Source: Pseudomonadota bacterium (GTDB taxonomy: Archaea; Thermoplasmatota; SW-10-69-26; JACQPN01; JAJPHT01). Taken from it: DNA of 64,000 bases. Every line of letters starts with the position of its first letter. Position 1 is the stretch's first letter. The notes beneath the pieces were generated by a model, which was given only the letters and a program-made list of their open reading frames with translations, ran no database searches and had not been told where the DNA came from. Below are positions 51,029 to 62,708 of this stretch, piece by piece. Made by a program: the position numbers and the translations under genes. The DNA is taken from the NCBI GenBank assembly GCA_021325135.1, contig JAJPHT010000045.1, positions 1 through 64,000 of the forward strand, in the 5' to 3' direction.

Positions 51029-53080
51029 ATGGAGCAGCAGCGAATCCTCGTCGCCGTCGCGTGGCCCTACGCCAACGGGCCGCTCCACCTGGGCCACGTC
51101 GCGGGGAGCCTGCTCCCGCCCGACGTGTTCGCCCGCCACCAGCGCATGAAGGGCGCCAAGGTCGCCATGGTCAGCGGCTCCGACATGCACGGCACGCCCA
51201 TCACCGTCGCGGCCGAGAAGGCCGGCATGGCGCCCGAGACGTTCGCCGCGGCCTACAACGCCAGCCACAAGGAGTCGTTGAAGGCGCTGGGCATCCGGTT
51301 CGACCTCTTCACCAGCACCGCGACCGCGAACCACCGCGAGGTCGTGCACGACGTCTTCCTCACGCTCCTGGAGCAGGGCCACATCACCAAGCGCAGCATG
51401 ACCGCGCCCTACGACCCCACGGCGCGGCGCTTCCTTCCCGACCGCTACGTGGAGGGCACCTGCCCGCACTGCGGCTTCGAGGGCGCGCGCGGCGACCAGT
51501 GCGACAACTGCGGCCGCACGCTGGACCCGCAGGAATTGAAGAGCCCGCGCAGCAAGCTCTCGGGCGCGGCGCCGGAATACCGGGAGACCGAGCACTTCTT
51601 CCTGCGCCTGCCCGCCTTCGAGGAGCGCCTCAAGGCGTGGACCGCGCAGAACGAGGACCACTGGCGCGCGAACACCATCAACTTCACGCGCAACTGGCTC
51701 GCGGAGGGGCTCAAGGACCGCCCCATCACGCGCGACATGACCTACGGCGTGCCCATCCCCCTCCCGGGCTACGAGGACAAGCGCATCTACGTCTGGTTCG
51801 AGGCCGTGATCGGCTATCTTTCCGCGACCAAGGAGTGGGCGAGGCTCTCGGGCCACCCCGAGGCGTGGAAGGAGTTCTGGCTCGACCCCAAGGCGCGCAG
51901 CTACTACTTCCTGGGCAAGGACAACATCCCGTTCCACACCATCATCTGGCCCTCCATGCTCATGGGGTACGGCGACGGCAAGGGGCGCGCGTACAACCTG
52001 CCCTACGACGTGCCCGCGAACGAGTTCATGAACTTCCAGGGCGCGAAGTTCAGCAAGAGCCGCGGCAACCTCATCACCGTCGACGAGGCGCTCTCCACCT
52101 TCGAGCCCGACGCCGTGCGCTACTACCTCGCCATCAACCTCCCCGAGAAGGGGGACGCCAACTGGGACTGGCCCGACTTCGTCGCCAAGGTCAACGACGA
52201 GCTGGTGGGCACCTGGGGCAACCTCGCGCACCGCGTCGTGAGCTTCACGCGCAAGCACGTCGACCACGTCCCTCCCGCCGGGCCCCTGGGGGAGCGCGAC
52301 CGCGCCATGCTCGCGCGCATCGAGGCCACGCACGCCACCGTCACCGACCTCCTGGGCCGCGTCGAGCTGAAGAAGGCGCTGCGCGAGGTCATGGCCCTCG
52401 CCGCCGAGGGCAACCGCTGGTGGGACGAGAAGGCCCCCTGGAAGCAGGCCAAGGAGGACCCCGAGGCGCTGAAGACGACGCTCCACGTGGGCCTGCGCCT
52501 CGTGCGCTCGCTGGCCCTCCTCACCGCGCCCTGGCTCCCCTTCAGCGCCGAGAAGCTCTGGCGCACGCTGGGCGAGACGGGCAACGTCCACGACGCGCGC
52601 TGGGACGACGCGCTCAGCGATATCCGGCCCCACAACAAGGTCCACGAGCCCACGGTGCTCTTCACGAAGCTCGACCCCAAGATGGTGGAATCCATGACGC
52701 AAGCCCCTCCCCCGGCCGCCGCGGCGCCCGCCGCCCCCGCGCCTTCGCCCTTCAAGCCCCAGGTGACCATCGACGACTTCGCCAAGCTGGACCTCCGCGT
52801 CGCCCAGGTGATCTCCTGCGAGCCGCACCCCAAGGCCGACAAGATCTGGGTCCTCCAGGTGGACCTGGGCGTCGAGAAGCGCCAGATCCTCGCGGGCCTG
52901 CGCGAGCACGTCAAGCCCGAGGAGCTCGTCGGGAAGAAGATCGTCGTGATCGCGAACCTGGCGCCGCGCCAGATCCGCGGGCTGGAGAGCAACGGCATGG
53001 TCCTCGCGGCGGAGGTCGACGGCGTCGTCGCGCCTCTCACGCCCGCGAAGGACGTGCAGCCCGGCGCGGGGATCAAGTGA
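51029..53080 (+). CDS. metG: Methionyl-tRNA synthetase with C-terminal tRNA-binding domain
   Basis: PYANGPLHLGH, two CxxC knuckles, YVWFEA, GKDN, KFSKS, C-terminal OB-fold. Confidence 0.98.
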   Translation: MEQQRILVAVAWPYANGPLHLGHVAGSLLPPDVFARHQRMKGAKVAMVSGSDMHGTPITVAAEKAGMAPETFAAAYNASHKESLKALGIRFDLFTSTATANHREVVHDVFLTLLEQGHITKRSMTAPYDPTARRFLPDRYVEGTCPHCGFEGARGDQCDNCGRTLDPQELKSPRSKLSGAAPEYRETEHFFLRLPAFEERLKAWTAQNEDHWRANTINFTRNWLAEGLKDRPITRDMTYGVPIPLPGYEDKRIYVWFEAVIGYLSATKEWARLSGHPEAWKEFWLDPKARSYYFLGKDNIPFHTIIWPSMLMGYGDGKGRAYNLPYDVPANEFMNFQGAKFSKSRGNLITVDEALSTFEPDAVRYYLAINLPEKGDANWDWPDFVAKVNDELVGTWGNLAHRVVSFTRKHVDHVPPAGPLGERDRAMLARIEATHATVTDLLGRVELKKALREVMALAAEGNRWWDEKAPWKQAKEDPEALKTTLHVGLRLVRSLALLTAPWLPFSAEKLWRTLGETGNVHDARWDDALSDIRPHNKVHEPTVLFTKLDPKMVESMTQAPPPAAAAPAAPAPSPFKPQVTIDDFAKLDLRVAQVISCEPHPKADKIWVLQVDLGVEKRQILAGLREHVKPEELVGKKIVVIANLAPRQIRGLESNGMVLAAEVDGVVAPLTPAKDVQPGAGIK

Positions 53081-53170
53081 CCCCCGAAGCGCGGCCACGT
53101 CCAGCCTAACACTCTGGGAGTTCCGCAGCGATCAAATAGGGAAGCCCGCCCACGCTGGGCGGTCGAACCC

Positions 53171-54418
53171 ATGGGGAAGGCGTCCCGAATCGTCCTCGTC
53201 GCGCTCGCGCTGGTCCTTCTCCTGCCTTCGGCCCTCGGCCAGGATGACAACGCTCCGAGGACCATCCACGCCCACCACTACGTCCGCGTGCCCCTGGACC
53301 CTTCCGCCACCGAGCGGCCCATCCTCGTCTCGTGGAACGCCACGGCGCCCATCGACGTGCTCGTCCTCACCAGCGAGGAGGCCGAGCGGTTCGCGAACGA
53401 CTCGGACTGGGTCGTCCCGGGGGACGCCTTCCTCGCCGTGCGCTCCGCGACGCAGGGGCAGTCCCACGTGACGATCCCCCCTGGCGTCGCCGCCGCGATC
53501 ATCTGGGACAACACCGCGAACCCGGCCGACGGCGCGCCGGGCGCCACGGACGTGTCCGTCGAGATGGGTGCCTACGACGTCGTCCTCCCCGACTCCAGCC
53601 CCCAGGGGCTCCTCCGGACGGCCACGTTCCAGCAGGAGGCATGGGCCCTCCCGGGGCTCCCGGGGATGGGCATCGCGCCCCAGGCCATCCTCTTCCTGGC
53701 GATCGCCATCGGGTGCGAGGTCGTCGCGTGGCGCGAGGACAAGCGGCGCTGGATCGACCTGGGCATCATGGTCGCGCTGGGCGCGCTGTTCAGCGCGTTC
53801 GTCTCGACGGAGGGCGTCATCCTCCCCGACACGCGCCTCCTCACCATTCCCGCCGTAATCGTGGGCATCTACGCGGTGCGCCGCTACCGGACGAGGGCGG
53901 CCGCCGTGGCGGGCGTGTTCGCCGCCTGCTTCTGGGGGCCGTTCCTGGGCGGGGACGTCCTGAGCCTCGCCCTGCACCACGGCACCATCGAACGCCTCTG
54001 GGACACCCAGTCCACCGTGTTCGTCATCGGCGGCGCGGGCTGGGGCGACGCCCTCGTGCTCGTGCCCATCCTGGGCGTGCTGTCCTTCGCGCTGCGCGGC
54101 TTTGGCGTCCTGGGGCTCCTGGAGCGCCGCCGCAAGCCGGCCCCGCGCCCCGTGGTGGCCGGCACGCGCAACGCCGAGGGCGTCCACATCGACGTGCGGA
54201 ACCCCACCGACGCGCCCCTGGAGGGGCTCCAGGTGGAGGTGTTCGACGGCGACTCGCGCGAGAAGCTGCACGGGCAGGACGTCGAAGGCGCGGTGTCGCC
54301 CGGCTCGGCCATGCAGATCGCCGTCCCGCTCTCCGCCGCGGTCGCGGCGCTCCCCGCGCTCCACGTCGTCCTGCGCTCGTCGCGCGGCGAGCACGCCCTG
54401 GACCTGCGCGCGCCGTAG
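53171..54418 (+). CDS. Membrane protein with a DUF1614-like core between two soluble domains
   Basis: GPFLGGDVL.L and IGGAGWGDALVL resemble the DUF1614 motifs; N-terminal signal peptide. Confidence 0.55.
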   Translation: MGKASRIVLVALALVLLLPSALGQDDNAPRTIHAHHYVRVPLDPSATERPILVSWNATAPIDVLVLTSEEAERFANDSDWVVPGDAFLAVRSATQGQSHVTIPPGVAAAIIWDNTANPADGAPGATDVSVEMGAYDVVLPDSSPQGLLRTATFQQEAWALPGLPGMGIAPQAILFLAIAIGCEVVAWREDKRRWIDLGIMVALGALFSAFVSTEGVILPDTRLLTIPAVIVGIYAVRRYRTRAAAVAGVFAACFWGPFLGGDVLSLALHHGTIERLWDTQSTVFVIGGAGWGDALVLVPILGVLSFALRGFGVLGLLERRRKPAPRPVVAGTRNAEGVHIDVRNPTDAPLEGLQVEVFDGDSREKLHGQDVEGAVSPGSAMQIAVPLSAAVAALPALHVVLRSSRGEHALDLRAP

Positions 54419-54458
54419 CGGCAGCACGTTTTTCAGGCGGCGCGCCATCGGGCCTCCG

Positions 54459-55235
54459 ATGCGCCGCCCCTACGGCCGCAGCGCCGGCTACTACGACGCC
54501 ATCTACTCCGAGCGCGTCGACTACGACGGCGACGTGGAGTACCTGGCCAAGGTGTTCAAGACCTACGCCATGGGCAAGCCCAAGCGCATCCTCGACCTGG
54601 GCGCGGGCACGTGCACGCACGCGGTCCTGCTCGCGAAGAGCGGCATGCAGGTGGACGCCGTGGACGTCTCCGAGGCGCTCCTGGACGTGGCGGAGGCCAA
54701 GGTCAAGGGCGAAGGCGTCGCCAAGAAGGTCCACCTCCACCGCATGGACATGACCAAGAAGCTCCCCGAGGGGGAGTTCGACGCCGCCATCAGCATGTTC
54801 GGCGCGTGGTGCTATCTGCGCACCGACGAGGAGGCCTCGCGCATGCTCTCCATGCTCTCGCGCCGCCTCCCCATTGGCGGCCTCTTCGTCTTCGAGTTCT
54901 GGAGCCCCCTGGGCTGGAACCCGCAGAACCGCTGGGACGAGGCGGACCTCTCGGACGGCTCCCGCGTCCTGCGCTTGACGCGCCCCAACCTGGAGCTGAA
55001 GGACGACGTCTACGAGTTCGAGATGGAGCACGTCGTCGTCAAGGACGGCCAGCTTCTGGCGGACTTCAGCGAGGTGCACGGCCTGCGCCTGCGCACGCCC
55101 TTCCAGACGCGGGCCCTGCTCCAGCGCAACGGCTTCGAGGTCGTGGCCATGACCAAGGGCGCGCGCGAAGGCAAGTCGTTCGAGCCGCCCGGGCCCAACG
55201 AGTTCCGCGTGATGGCGATCGCCAAGCGGGCGTAG
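54459..55235 (+). CDS. Class I SAM-dependent methyltransferase
   Basis: YYDAIY...DY, ILDLGAGTCTHA, AVDVS..LL, FDAAISMF, GGLFVFE. Confidence 0.92.
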   Translation: MRRPYGRSAGYYDAIYSERVDYDGDVEYLAKVFKTYAMGKPKRILDLGAGTCTHAVLLAKSGMQVDAVDVSEALLDVAEAKVKGEGVAKKVHLHRMDMTKKLPEGEFDAAISMFGAWCYLRTDEEASRMLSMLSRRLPIGGLFVFEFWSPLGWNPQNRWDEADLSDGSRVLRLTRPNLELKDDVYEFEMEHVVVKDGQLLADFSEVHGLRLRTPFQTRALLQRNGFEVVAMTKGAREGKSFEPPGPNEFRVMAIAKRA

Positions 55236-55271
55236 CCCGCCATTCGGCCGCGGCTCGCCCTGCGCCTCGCG

Positions 55272-55727
55272 TCACGCCTGATCCTTGGAGCTGGCAAGCT
55301 GCCCGCTGAGCGACTGGAGCTTTCCCGCGGCGGCGTCCTCCTCGTCGGCCAGGGAGACGAGCCGCTCCTTGAGCGCGGGCGTGGGCGCGTCGCGCGCGGC
55401 GCGGCGCAGCAGCTCGGCGCTTGCCCGCTTGACCTCCACGAAGCTCTCCACGATCTCCGCCGCGTCGAGGCCGCCGGGTGCCAAGGGCTTGGGCTTGCGC
55501 GGCGCCTCGGTCAAGTGCGCGGTCCAGTCCTCCAGGATGCTCTCCAGTTCCAGGGACGCGCTCGCGGCGCGGCGCCTCAAGGCCTGCACCATGGCGCGCT
55601 GCTCCTCGTCGGGCAGCGCATCGGCCAGACGACGGAGCCCGGCGGGGCCCACCGTCTCCTCGAGGTACTGGATCGTGCGAAGCTCGTTGAGCGTCCGGCC
55701 GAGGGCGGGGGAGAGCTCGTTCTGCAC
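55272..55727 (-). CDS. Ferritin-like four-helix-bundle protein (degenerate)
   Basis: Two helix-pair repeats with rubrerythrin-like spacing (LADEE) but no ExxH histidines. Confidence 0.55.
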   Translation of the reverse strand: MQNELSPALGRTLNELRTIQYLEETVGPAGLRRLADALPDEEQRAMVQALRRRAASASLELESILEDWTAHLTEAPRKPKPLAPGGLDAAEIVESFVEVKRASAELLRRAARDAPTPALKERLVSLADEEDAAAGKLQSLSGQLASSKDQA

Positions 55728-55880
55728 GTGGACGACCGTGCCCTCCTCTGACTTTGGGAGGTTGAAGCACCCTCTGGTTCAACCCACGAAATCGGGGGCT
55801 CCGCCGCCCGGCCCGGCGGGGGAAACCGGCATATAGCTGATCGGGGGAATGCGGCCGCAGGAACCTGGAGGACTGACCGG

Positions 55881-58154
55881 TTGCCCACCATCGAGTCGAC
55901 CCCCGCCTTCGTCGAGGAATCCTACAAGAAGATGGAGACGCGCCTCGAGAAGGTCCGGGCCCGGCTCAACCGCCCCCTCACGCTGGCCGAGAAGATCGTG
56001 CTTGGCCACCTCCACGACCCCGAGGGGCAGGAGATGGAGCGCGGCAAGGCGTACCTCCTGCTGCACCCCGACCGCGTGGCCATGCAGGACGCCACCGCGC
56101 AGATGGCCATCCTCCAGTTCATGACGGCGGGCCGGCCCTCCGTCGCCGTCCCCACCACCATCCACTGCGACCACCTCATCGTCGCCAAGGAGGGCGCGGC
56201 CAAGGACATGCCCGTGGCGCTCAAGGAGAACCAGGAGGTCTACGACTTCATGGCCAGCGCCGCCGCCAAGTACGGCATCGGCTTCTGGAAGCCCGGCAGC
56301 GGCATCATCCACCAGGTCGTCCTGGAGAACTACGCGTTCCCCGGCGGCATGATCATCGGCACCGACTCCCACACGCCCAACGCGGGCGGCCTGGGCATGG
56401 TCGCCGTGGGCGTGGGCGGCGCGGACGCGGTGGACGTCATGGCGGGCTTCCCCTGGGAGGTCCTCCAGCCCAAGATCATCGGCGTGAAGCTCACCGGCAC
56501 GCTCTCCGGCTGGACCGCGCCCAAGGACGTGATCCTCAAGCTCGCCGGCATCCTCACCGTCGCGGGCGGCACCAACGCCATCATCGAGTACTTCGGCGAG
56601 GGCACCAGGAGCATCAGCGCGACGGGCAAGGCCACCATCTGCAACATGGGCGCCGAGATCGGCGCGACGTGCAGCGTCTTCCCCTACGACGAGCGCATGC
56701 GCACCTACCTTGCCGCCACCGAGCGCGCCGGGCTCGCCCAGGTCGCGGACCGCCACAAGCACCTGCTCGTGGCGGACGACGACGTCGCGAAGCACCCCGA
56801 GAAGTACTTCGACGAGGTCATCGAGATCGACCTCTCCACGCTGGAGCCCCACGTCGTGGGCCCGCACACGCCCGACCTCGCGCGCCCCATCAGCAAGCTC
56901 GCCGAGGCCGTCGCCAGCGAGAAGTACCCCAACAAGATCAGCGTCGCCCTCATCGGCTCCTGCACCAACTCCAGCTACGAGGACATCAGCCGCGTCGCGG
57001 ACGTCGCCAACCAGGCCAAGGCCCACGGCGCGAAGATGGCGAGCCCGCTCCTGGTCACGCCGGGCAGCGAGCAGATCCACCTCACCATCCAGCGCGACGG
57101 CCAGATGCAGGCCATCGAGGCCCTGGGCGCCACCGTGCTGGCCAACGCGTGCGGCCCCTGCATCGGCCAGTGGAGCCGCCCCGAGCTGAAGCCCGGCGAG
57201 GAGAACGTCATCGTCACCTCCTACAACCGCAACTTCCCCAAGCGCAACGACGGCAACGCGGGCACGCTGAACTTCATCGGCAGCCCCGAGCTCGTCATGG
57301 CCATGGGGCTCGCGGGGCGCCTCGACTTCAACCCGCTCAAGGACGAGCTGGTGGGCGCCGACGGCAAGAAGTACCGCCTCCACGCCCCCGCGCCCGCCCC
57401 CGAGATCCCCGCCAAGGGGTTCGTCAAGGACGAGCACGGCTACCAGGCGCCCGCCAAGGACCCCACCAAGGTCCAGGTGCAGGTCGCCCCGGACAGCAAG
57501 CGCCTCCAGCTGCTGGAGCCCTTCGCGCCCTGGAACGGCCGTGATATCACCGGCGCGCCGCTGCTGCTGAAGGCCAAGGGCAAGTGCACGACGGACCACA
57601 TCAGCCCCGCCGGGCCCTGGCTGCGCTTCCGCGGCCACCTCAACAACATCAGCGACAACATGTTCCTGGGCGCCATCAACGCCTTCACCGGCGAGGCCGG
57701 CAAGGGGAAGAGCCAGATCACGGGCGCCACCGAGGCGTTCCCCGCCGTCGCGCGCGCCTACAAGGCCGCCGGCCAGCCGTGGGTCGTCGTGGGCGACGAG
57801 AACTACGGCGAGGGCAGCAGCCGCGAGCACGCCGCCATGGAGCCGCGATATCTCGGCGGCGCCGCCATCCTCGCCCGCAGCTTCGCGCGCATCCACGAGA
57901 CGAACCTCAAGAAGCAGGGCCTCCTGCCGCTGAAGTTCGCCGACAAGAAGGACTACGAGAAGGTGCGCGAGGACGACCGCATCGACGTGCTGGGCCTCCA
58001 GACCCTCGCCCCCGGCAAGCCCCTCACCGTCGTCCTCCACCACAAGGACGGCACGAAGGACCAGTTCCAGGTGACGCACACCTTCAACGCGGAGCAGGTC
58101 CAGTGGTTCCGCGCGGGCAGCGCGCTCAACGTGCTGCGCCAGGCGAAGCACTGA
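55881..58154 (+). CDS. acnA: Aconitate hydratase (mitochondrial-like type)
   Basis: [61 protein letters not shown]; SD GGAGGA + TTG. Confidence 0.96.
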   Translation: MPTIESTPAFVEESYKKMETRLEKVRARLNRPLTLAEKIVLGHLHDPEGQEMERGKAYLLLHPDRVAMQDATAQMAILQFMTAGRPSVAVPTTIHCDHLIVAKEGAAKDMPVALKENQEVYDFMASAAAKYGIGFWKPGSGIIHQVVLENYAFPGGMIIGTDSHTPNAGGLGMVAVGVGGADAVDVMAGFPWEVLQPKIIGVKLTGTLSGWTAPKDVILKLAGILTVAGGTNAIIEYFGEGTRSISATGKATICNMGAEIGATCSVFPYDERMRTYLAATERAGLAQVADRHKHLLVADDDVAKHPEKYFDEVIEIDLSTLEPHVVGPHTPDLARPISKLAEAVASEKYPNKISVALIGSCTNSSYEDISRVADVANQAKAHGAKMASPLLVTPGSEQIHLTIQRDGQMQAIEALGATVLANACGPCIGQWSRPELKPGEENVIVTSYNRNFPKRNDGNAGTLNFIGSPELVMAMGLAGRLDFNPLKDELVGADGKKYRLHAPAPAPEIPAKGFVKDEHGYQAPAKDPTKVQVQVAPDSKRLQLLEPFAPWNGRDITGAPLLLKAKGKCTTDHISPAGPWLRFRGHLNNISDNMFLGAINAFTGEAGKGKSQITGATEAFPAVARAYKAAGQPWVVVGDENYGEGSSREHAAMEPRYLGGAAILARSFARIHETNLKKQGLLPLKFADKKDYEKVREDDRIDVLGLQTLAPGKPLTVVLHHKDGTKDQFQVTHTFNAEQVQWFRAGSALNVLRQAKH

Positions 58155-58211
58155 GGGGCCGCAGGGAAAACCCTGCGCCCGGTTAAGGGGGCGTGAGGGC
58201 TCTCCGGGCCC

Positions 58212-58409
58212 GTGATCCGCGCCCTTCTCCTGGTCTGCGCCCTCGTCCTGCTCTCCGTCCCCGTCGTGGCCGCCGACCCGGGGCCCGGCGGCCCGCCCGA
58301 GGAGCCCTGCAACCCCAATTGCACCGGGAACCCCGCGATGGACGCCCTCGCGGGCGACCTGCTGGCGTTCGTGGACGGCCCCGGCACGCCCTGCCGCCCC
58401 AGCTGCTGA
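58212..58409 (+). CDS. Small secreted peptide with two PCxPxC motifs (65 aa)
   Basis: Signal MIRALLLVCALVLLSVPVVAA; PCNPNC and C-terminal PCRPSC; TTAAG box upstream. Confidence 0.6.
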   Translation: MIRALLLVCALVLLSVPVVAADPGPGGPPEEPCNPNCTGNPAMDALAGDLLAFVDGPGTPCRPSC

Positions 58410-58456
58410 GCCGCGTCTCCGTCACCTTCACATCCCCGGAGGGCTCCTGCGCCCGC

Positions 58457-58690
58457 GTGAGCGCGGACCTCTTCGAGCGCCGCGGCGTGGCGCCGAGCCC
58501 GCGCAAGGTGCCCTGCGAGTTCTGCGGCCAGCCCCTGGTGGACCCCATCGAGGAGCCGTTCAACCTGGCCTTCATCGGGCACCTCAAGGAGAGCGCGCGC
58601 TGCATGGAGCTGTTCAGCTACGGCATGACGGCGCTGCGCAACGAGATCGGCGTGCGGCTGGGCCAGAAGCCGCAGGTCGACGGCCTCTGA
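58457..58690 (+). CDS. Small Zn-binding protein (CxxC...H...C)
   Basis: CEFCGQPL...FIGHLKESARC; resembles small haloarchaeal zinc-finger proteins. Confidence 0.65.
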   Translation: MSADLFERRGVAPSPRKVPCEFCGQPLVDPIEEPFNLAFIGHLKESARCMELFSYGMTALRNEIGVRLGQKPQVDGL

Positions 58691-58691
58691 C

Positions 58692-58976
58692 TCAGTCCTT
58701 GTAGCTCATGTGGCTGGGGTGGCGCGGGAAGTCCTGCGGCTCGCGGCGCGAAGGGGGCGTCGCGCGCAGGATGCGGTCGGAGCGCGTGGCGTCGGCGAGG
58801 CGGCCCAGGTCCGCGATGGCGCTGAGGTAGTGGAGCCTCGCGTTGGGGGCGAGGCCCGAGGCCTTGAGGTCGGCGCTGATGCGCGCGAGGGCCTGGCGGG
58901 GCTTGGAGGGGAGGGGGGCGATCTTCTCGGCGATGCGGCTCTCGGCGTAGGCGTCGGTGACGGGCGCGCGCGTCAT
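58692..58976 (-). pseudogene. Possible truncated tyrosine-integrase N-terminal (SAM-like) fragment
   Basis: RQALARISADLKASGLAPNARLHYLSAIADL resembles integrase N-terminal helices; no catalytic domain follows. Confidence 0.35.
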
Positions 58977-59032
58977 GGGTCCTGCTGGGCGCTCGTGGGA
59001 TTTGGCTTTGCGGGCGAATCCGTTCCGGCCCT

Positions 59033-59677
59033 TCAGGCGGGGGGCTTCCCGTAGAGCTGGTCGAGCCCCTGCTTCACGCGCTGCGTCTGCCACCGGGTCA
59101 CGTCGCGGCCGATGAGGGTGAGCTTGGGGACGAGGCTGCGGGGCAGGCGGAGGAGGTCCGGGTTCGCGTCGGCGTGGTCGAAGACCCACTCCATGAGAGC
59201 GGTGTTCTCCTCCACGATCCGGTCGGGAAGCTCGCGTGTGGGGAAGGCTTGGAGAAGCAGGTCGTCGTAGTCCTTCGCGCTTTCCACCCGGGCCAGCGTC
59301 GCGAGGTCGGGGAGGCGCCTGGCCATCTCGGCCTCGCACCGCTCCAGCACGGGCTGGAAGCGCGCGTCCTTGACCTTGACGATGAGGTTCAGCTCGCGCA
59401 GGCGCAGCACGCGGGGCGCGTTCTCGCGGGCGAGGCGTAGCGCGTCCTCCCCGGCGTCCACGCGGCGGGCGAGGTCCAGGAGGAACTGCACGTCCTCGCG
59501 CAGGCGCGGGCGAAGCTCCAGCGCGGCCAGCCCGCCCATGACCGCGGCCTCGACGCCGCGGGCGAGGAAGGCGAGGGGGCCGTGGGCTTCCTGGGAGAGG
59601 CGCTCGCGGAGGTGGTGGAGGCCCGCGTCCAGGTCGGCCTCCGCCTTGGCGAGAAGGATGCGCTCCGCGTCGCGCAT
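59033..59677 (-). CDS. Hypothetical helical protein
   Basis: 214-aa ORF with protein-like composition, directly after the upstream small gene. Confidence 0.7.
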   Translation of the reverse strand: MRDAERILLAKAEADLDAGLHHLRERLSQEAHGPLAFLARGVEAAVMGGLAALELRPRLREDVQFLLDLARRVDAGEDALRLARENAPRVLRLRELNLIVKVKDARFQPVLERCEAEMARRLPDLATLARVESAKDYDDLLLQAFPTRELPDRIVEENTALMEWVFDHADANPDLLRLPRSLVPKLTLIGRDVTRWQTQRVKQGLDQLYGKPPA

Positions 59678-59681
59678 GGGA

Positions 59682-59972
59682 TCACTCGTACTCGAGCACG
59701 AGCTTGTCGTCCTTGATCACGCGGAGGCTCGCGGTGCGGCCCATCTCGGGGTTCATCAGCGGCAGGGCGATGCGGTAGTGGACGTGCTCGGGCTCGCGGC
59801 AGTGGCAGGGGCCGCTCTCCTGGATCTTCGTCTTCAGCGTGCTCTTGCCCACGGTGAGCTGGAAGGGCGTTCCGGGGGCGGGGAGCTTGGGGAGCCAGGC
59901 TTTCTCGACGAGGAGGAAGCCTTCCTCGGCCTCCTCGGCGCCGATCTTGCGTTTCATCGTGTTCGAGGCCAT
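59682..59972 (-). CDS. Small putative metal-binding protein (CxC...HxH)
   Basis: GPCHCREPEHVHYRI. Confidence 0.7.
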   Translation of the reverse strand: MASNTMKRKIGAEEAEEGFLLVEKAWLPKLPAPGTPFQLTVGKSTLKTKIQESGPCHCREPEHVHYRIALPLMNPEMGRTASLRVIKDDKLVLEYE

Positions 59973-60169
59973 GATCGCTCGACTCGGGCCGCGCGGGGCG
60001 GCGGGGAAAGAACCGTGAGCGCCGCGAAAACGCGGAGCGCCGGGGGCGTTGCCCGCCTTTCGATGAGGCGCTTCCGGATTTGAATCTTGTGGTCACGCGG
60101 CTGCGGCGTCCGCCCCCGGAGAAACCCTAATAGGGGGCACTCGGTTGGCGCGCCCAAGAGGCGATCCCC

Positions 60170-61561
<1,392 letters not shown>

Positions 61562-61761
61562 GCCTCGTCAAGAGCGCCCGGCGCGCAGCGCCGAGGCGCG
61601 TGCGATGCCTATCGCCCCTCGCCGCAGCGAGGGGCGCGTAGGGCGTATTGCGCCGCTGGTACGCCAGCGGCCAGCGGGGGCCTGTGCGGGACCGCGGGTG
61701 TTGGGCACAATGGCCCGCGGCCCCGCCAAGCTTCCTCGCCCGGGGCGATCAAGGCGTGGAG

Positions 61762-62223
61762 CTATTTCAAGCGAGGCAGCAGGGCGGTTGCGTCCCTGGA
61801 CAACCGTCCCTCCTCTTCCAGCGAGTCCCAGGCCTCGCGGACGTAGGTCCACAGCGCCGCCGGCGTCGGGTTGCCCGCCTGCGCGTAACGGATGCGACCC
61901 TCCGCGTCGACGAGCAGCAGCGTGGGGGTCTCGGTCACGCCCAGCGCGCGGGCGAGGCCGGGCCGGTCGTGGACCGAGAGGGGGACGGCGGGCACCTCCG
62001 GCGCGGCGTCGAGGACGATGCCCGGCGTCTCCGCGCACTCGCTGCAGAGCCGGCTCGTGAAGTAGAGCGCGGTGAGGGGCGCCCGCGGCGCGGGGAGCAC
62101 GTCCTCCGGGACGCGGGCGAGGCGCGGCCGGAAGCCTGCGCGCCGGCGGGCGCGCGCCCACGCGAGGGCGATCACCAGCGCGACGAGGGCCGCCGCGATG
62201 CCCAGCCGCGCGAGGACGTCCAT
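61762..62223 (-). CDS. Membrane-anchored thioredoxin-like protein
   Basis: N-terminal TM; YFTSRLCSEC; GVTETPTLLLVD..G. Confidence 0.85.
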   Translation of the reverse strand: MDVLARLGIAAALVALVIALAWARARRRAGFRPRLARVPEDVLPAPRAPLTALYFTSRLCSECAETPGIVLDAAPEVPAVPLSVHDRPGLARALGVTETPTLLLVDAEGRIRYAQAGNPTPAALWTYVREAWDSLEEEGRLSRDATALLPRLK

Positions 62224-62226
62224 GGC

Positions 62227-62661
62227 TCACGCCTGCGCGGAGCGCCCGGTCCAGCGCGCGAGGAGCGAGTAGACCTCGCAGCCCACGCAGACGTCGGTCA
62301 CGGCGGCCAGGAGCGCCAGCGCGGCCACGAGGAGCGCCAGACCCCAGCCCACGAGGGGCGAGGCGAAGACCAGGAGCGCCAGCGAGGCGGCGGCGAGGAA
62401 CGCGAAGCCGACTCCCTGCGCGAAGCGCACCGGGGCCGCGTCCTTGAGGCGCGCGGGCGGGCCCAGCTTGAGCGCGGGCACGACGGCGTGCTTCCAGAGC
62501 AGCGCCAGCGGGTTGGCCTGCGGGCCGAGGAACGCGCCCGCGCCCAGGAGGAGCGCGAGGACGGGAAGGAGAAGCGGGACCTTGAGCACGAACGCGACGA
62601 GGGAGAGCGCGCCGACCACGCCTTGGTTGAAGCGCGGGGCGCGGGGGTCGATGCGGGGCAC
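62227..62661 (-). CDS. DUF4395-like membrane protein
   Basis: IDPRAPRFNQ, P.RFAQGVG, CVGCEVY; adjacent to the thioredoxin-like gene. Confidence 0.85.
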   Translation of the reverse strand: MPRIDPRAPRFNQGVVGALSLVAFVLKVPLLLPVLALLLGAGAFLGPQANPLALLWKHAVVPALKLGPPARLKDAAPVRFAQGVGFAFLAAASLALLVFASPLVGWGLALLVAALALLAAVTDVCVGCEVYSLLARWTGRSAQA

Positions 62662-62708
62662 GGGAAAGGAGGACGCGCGGGCCACCAAGAAGAGGCGCAA
62701 CGCGGCAA

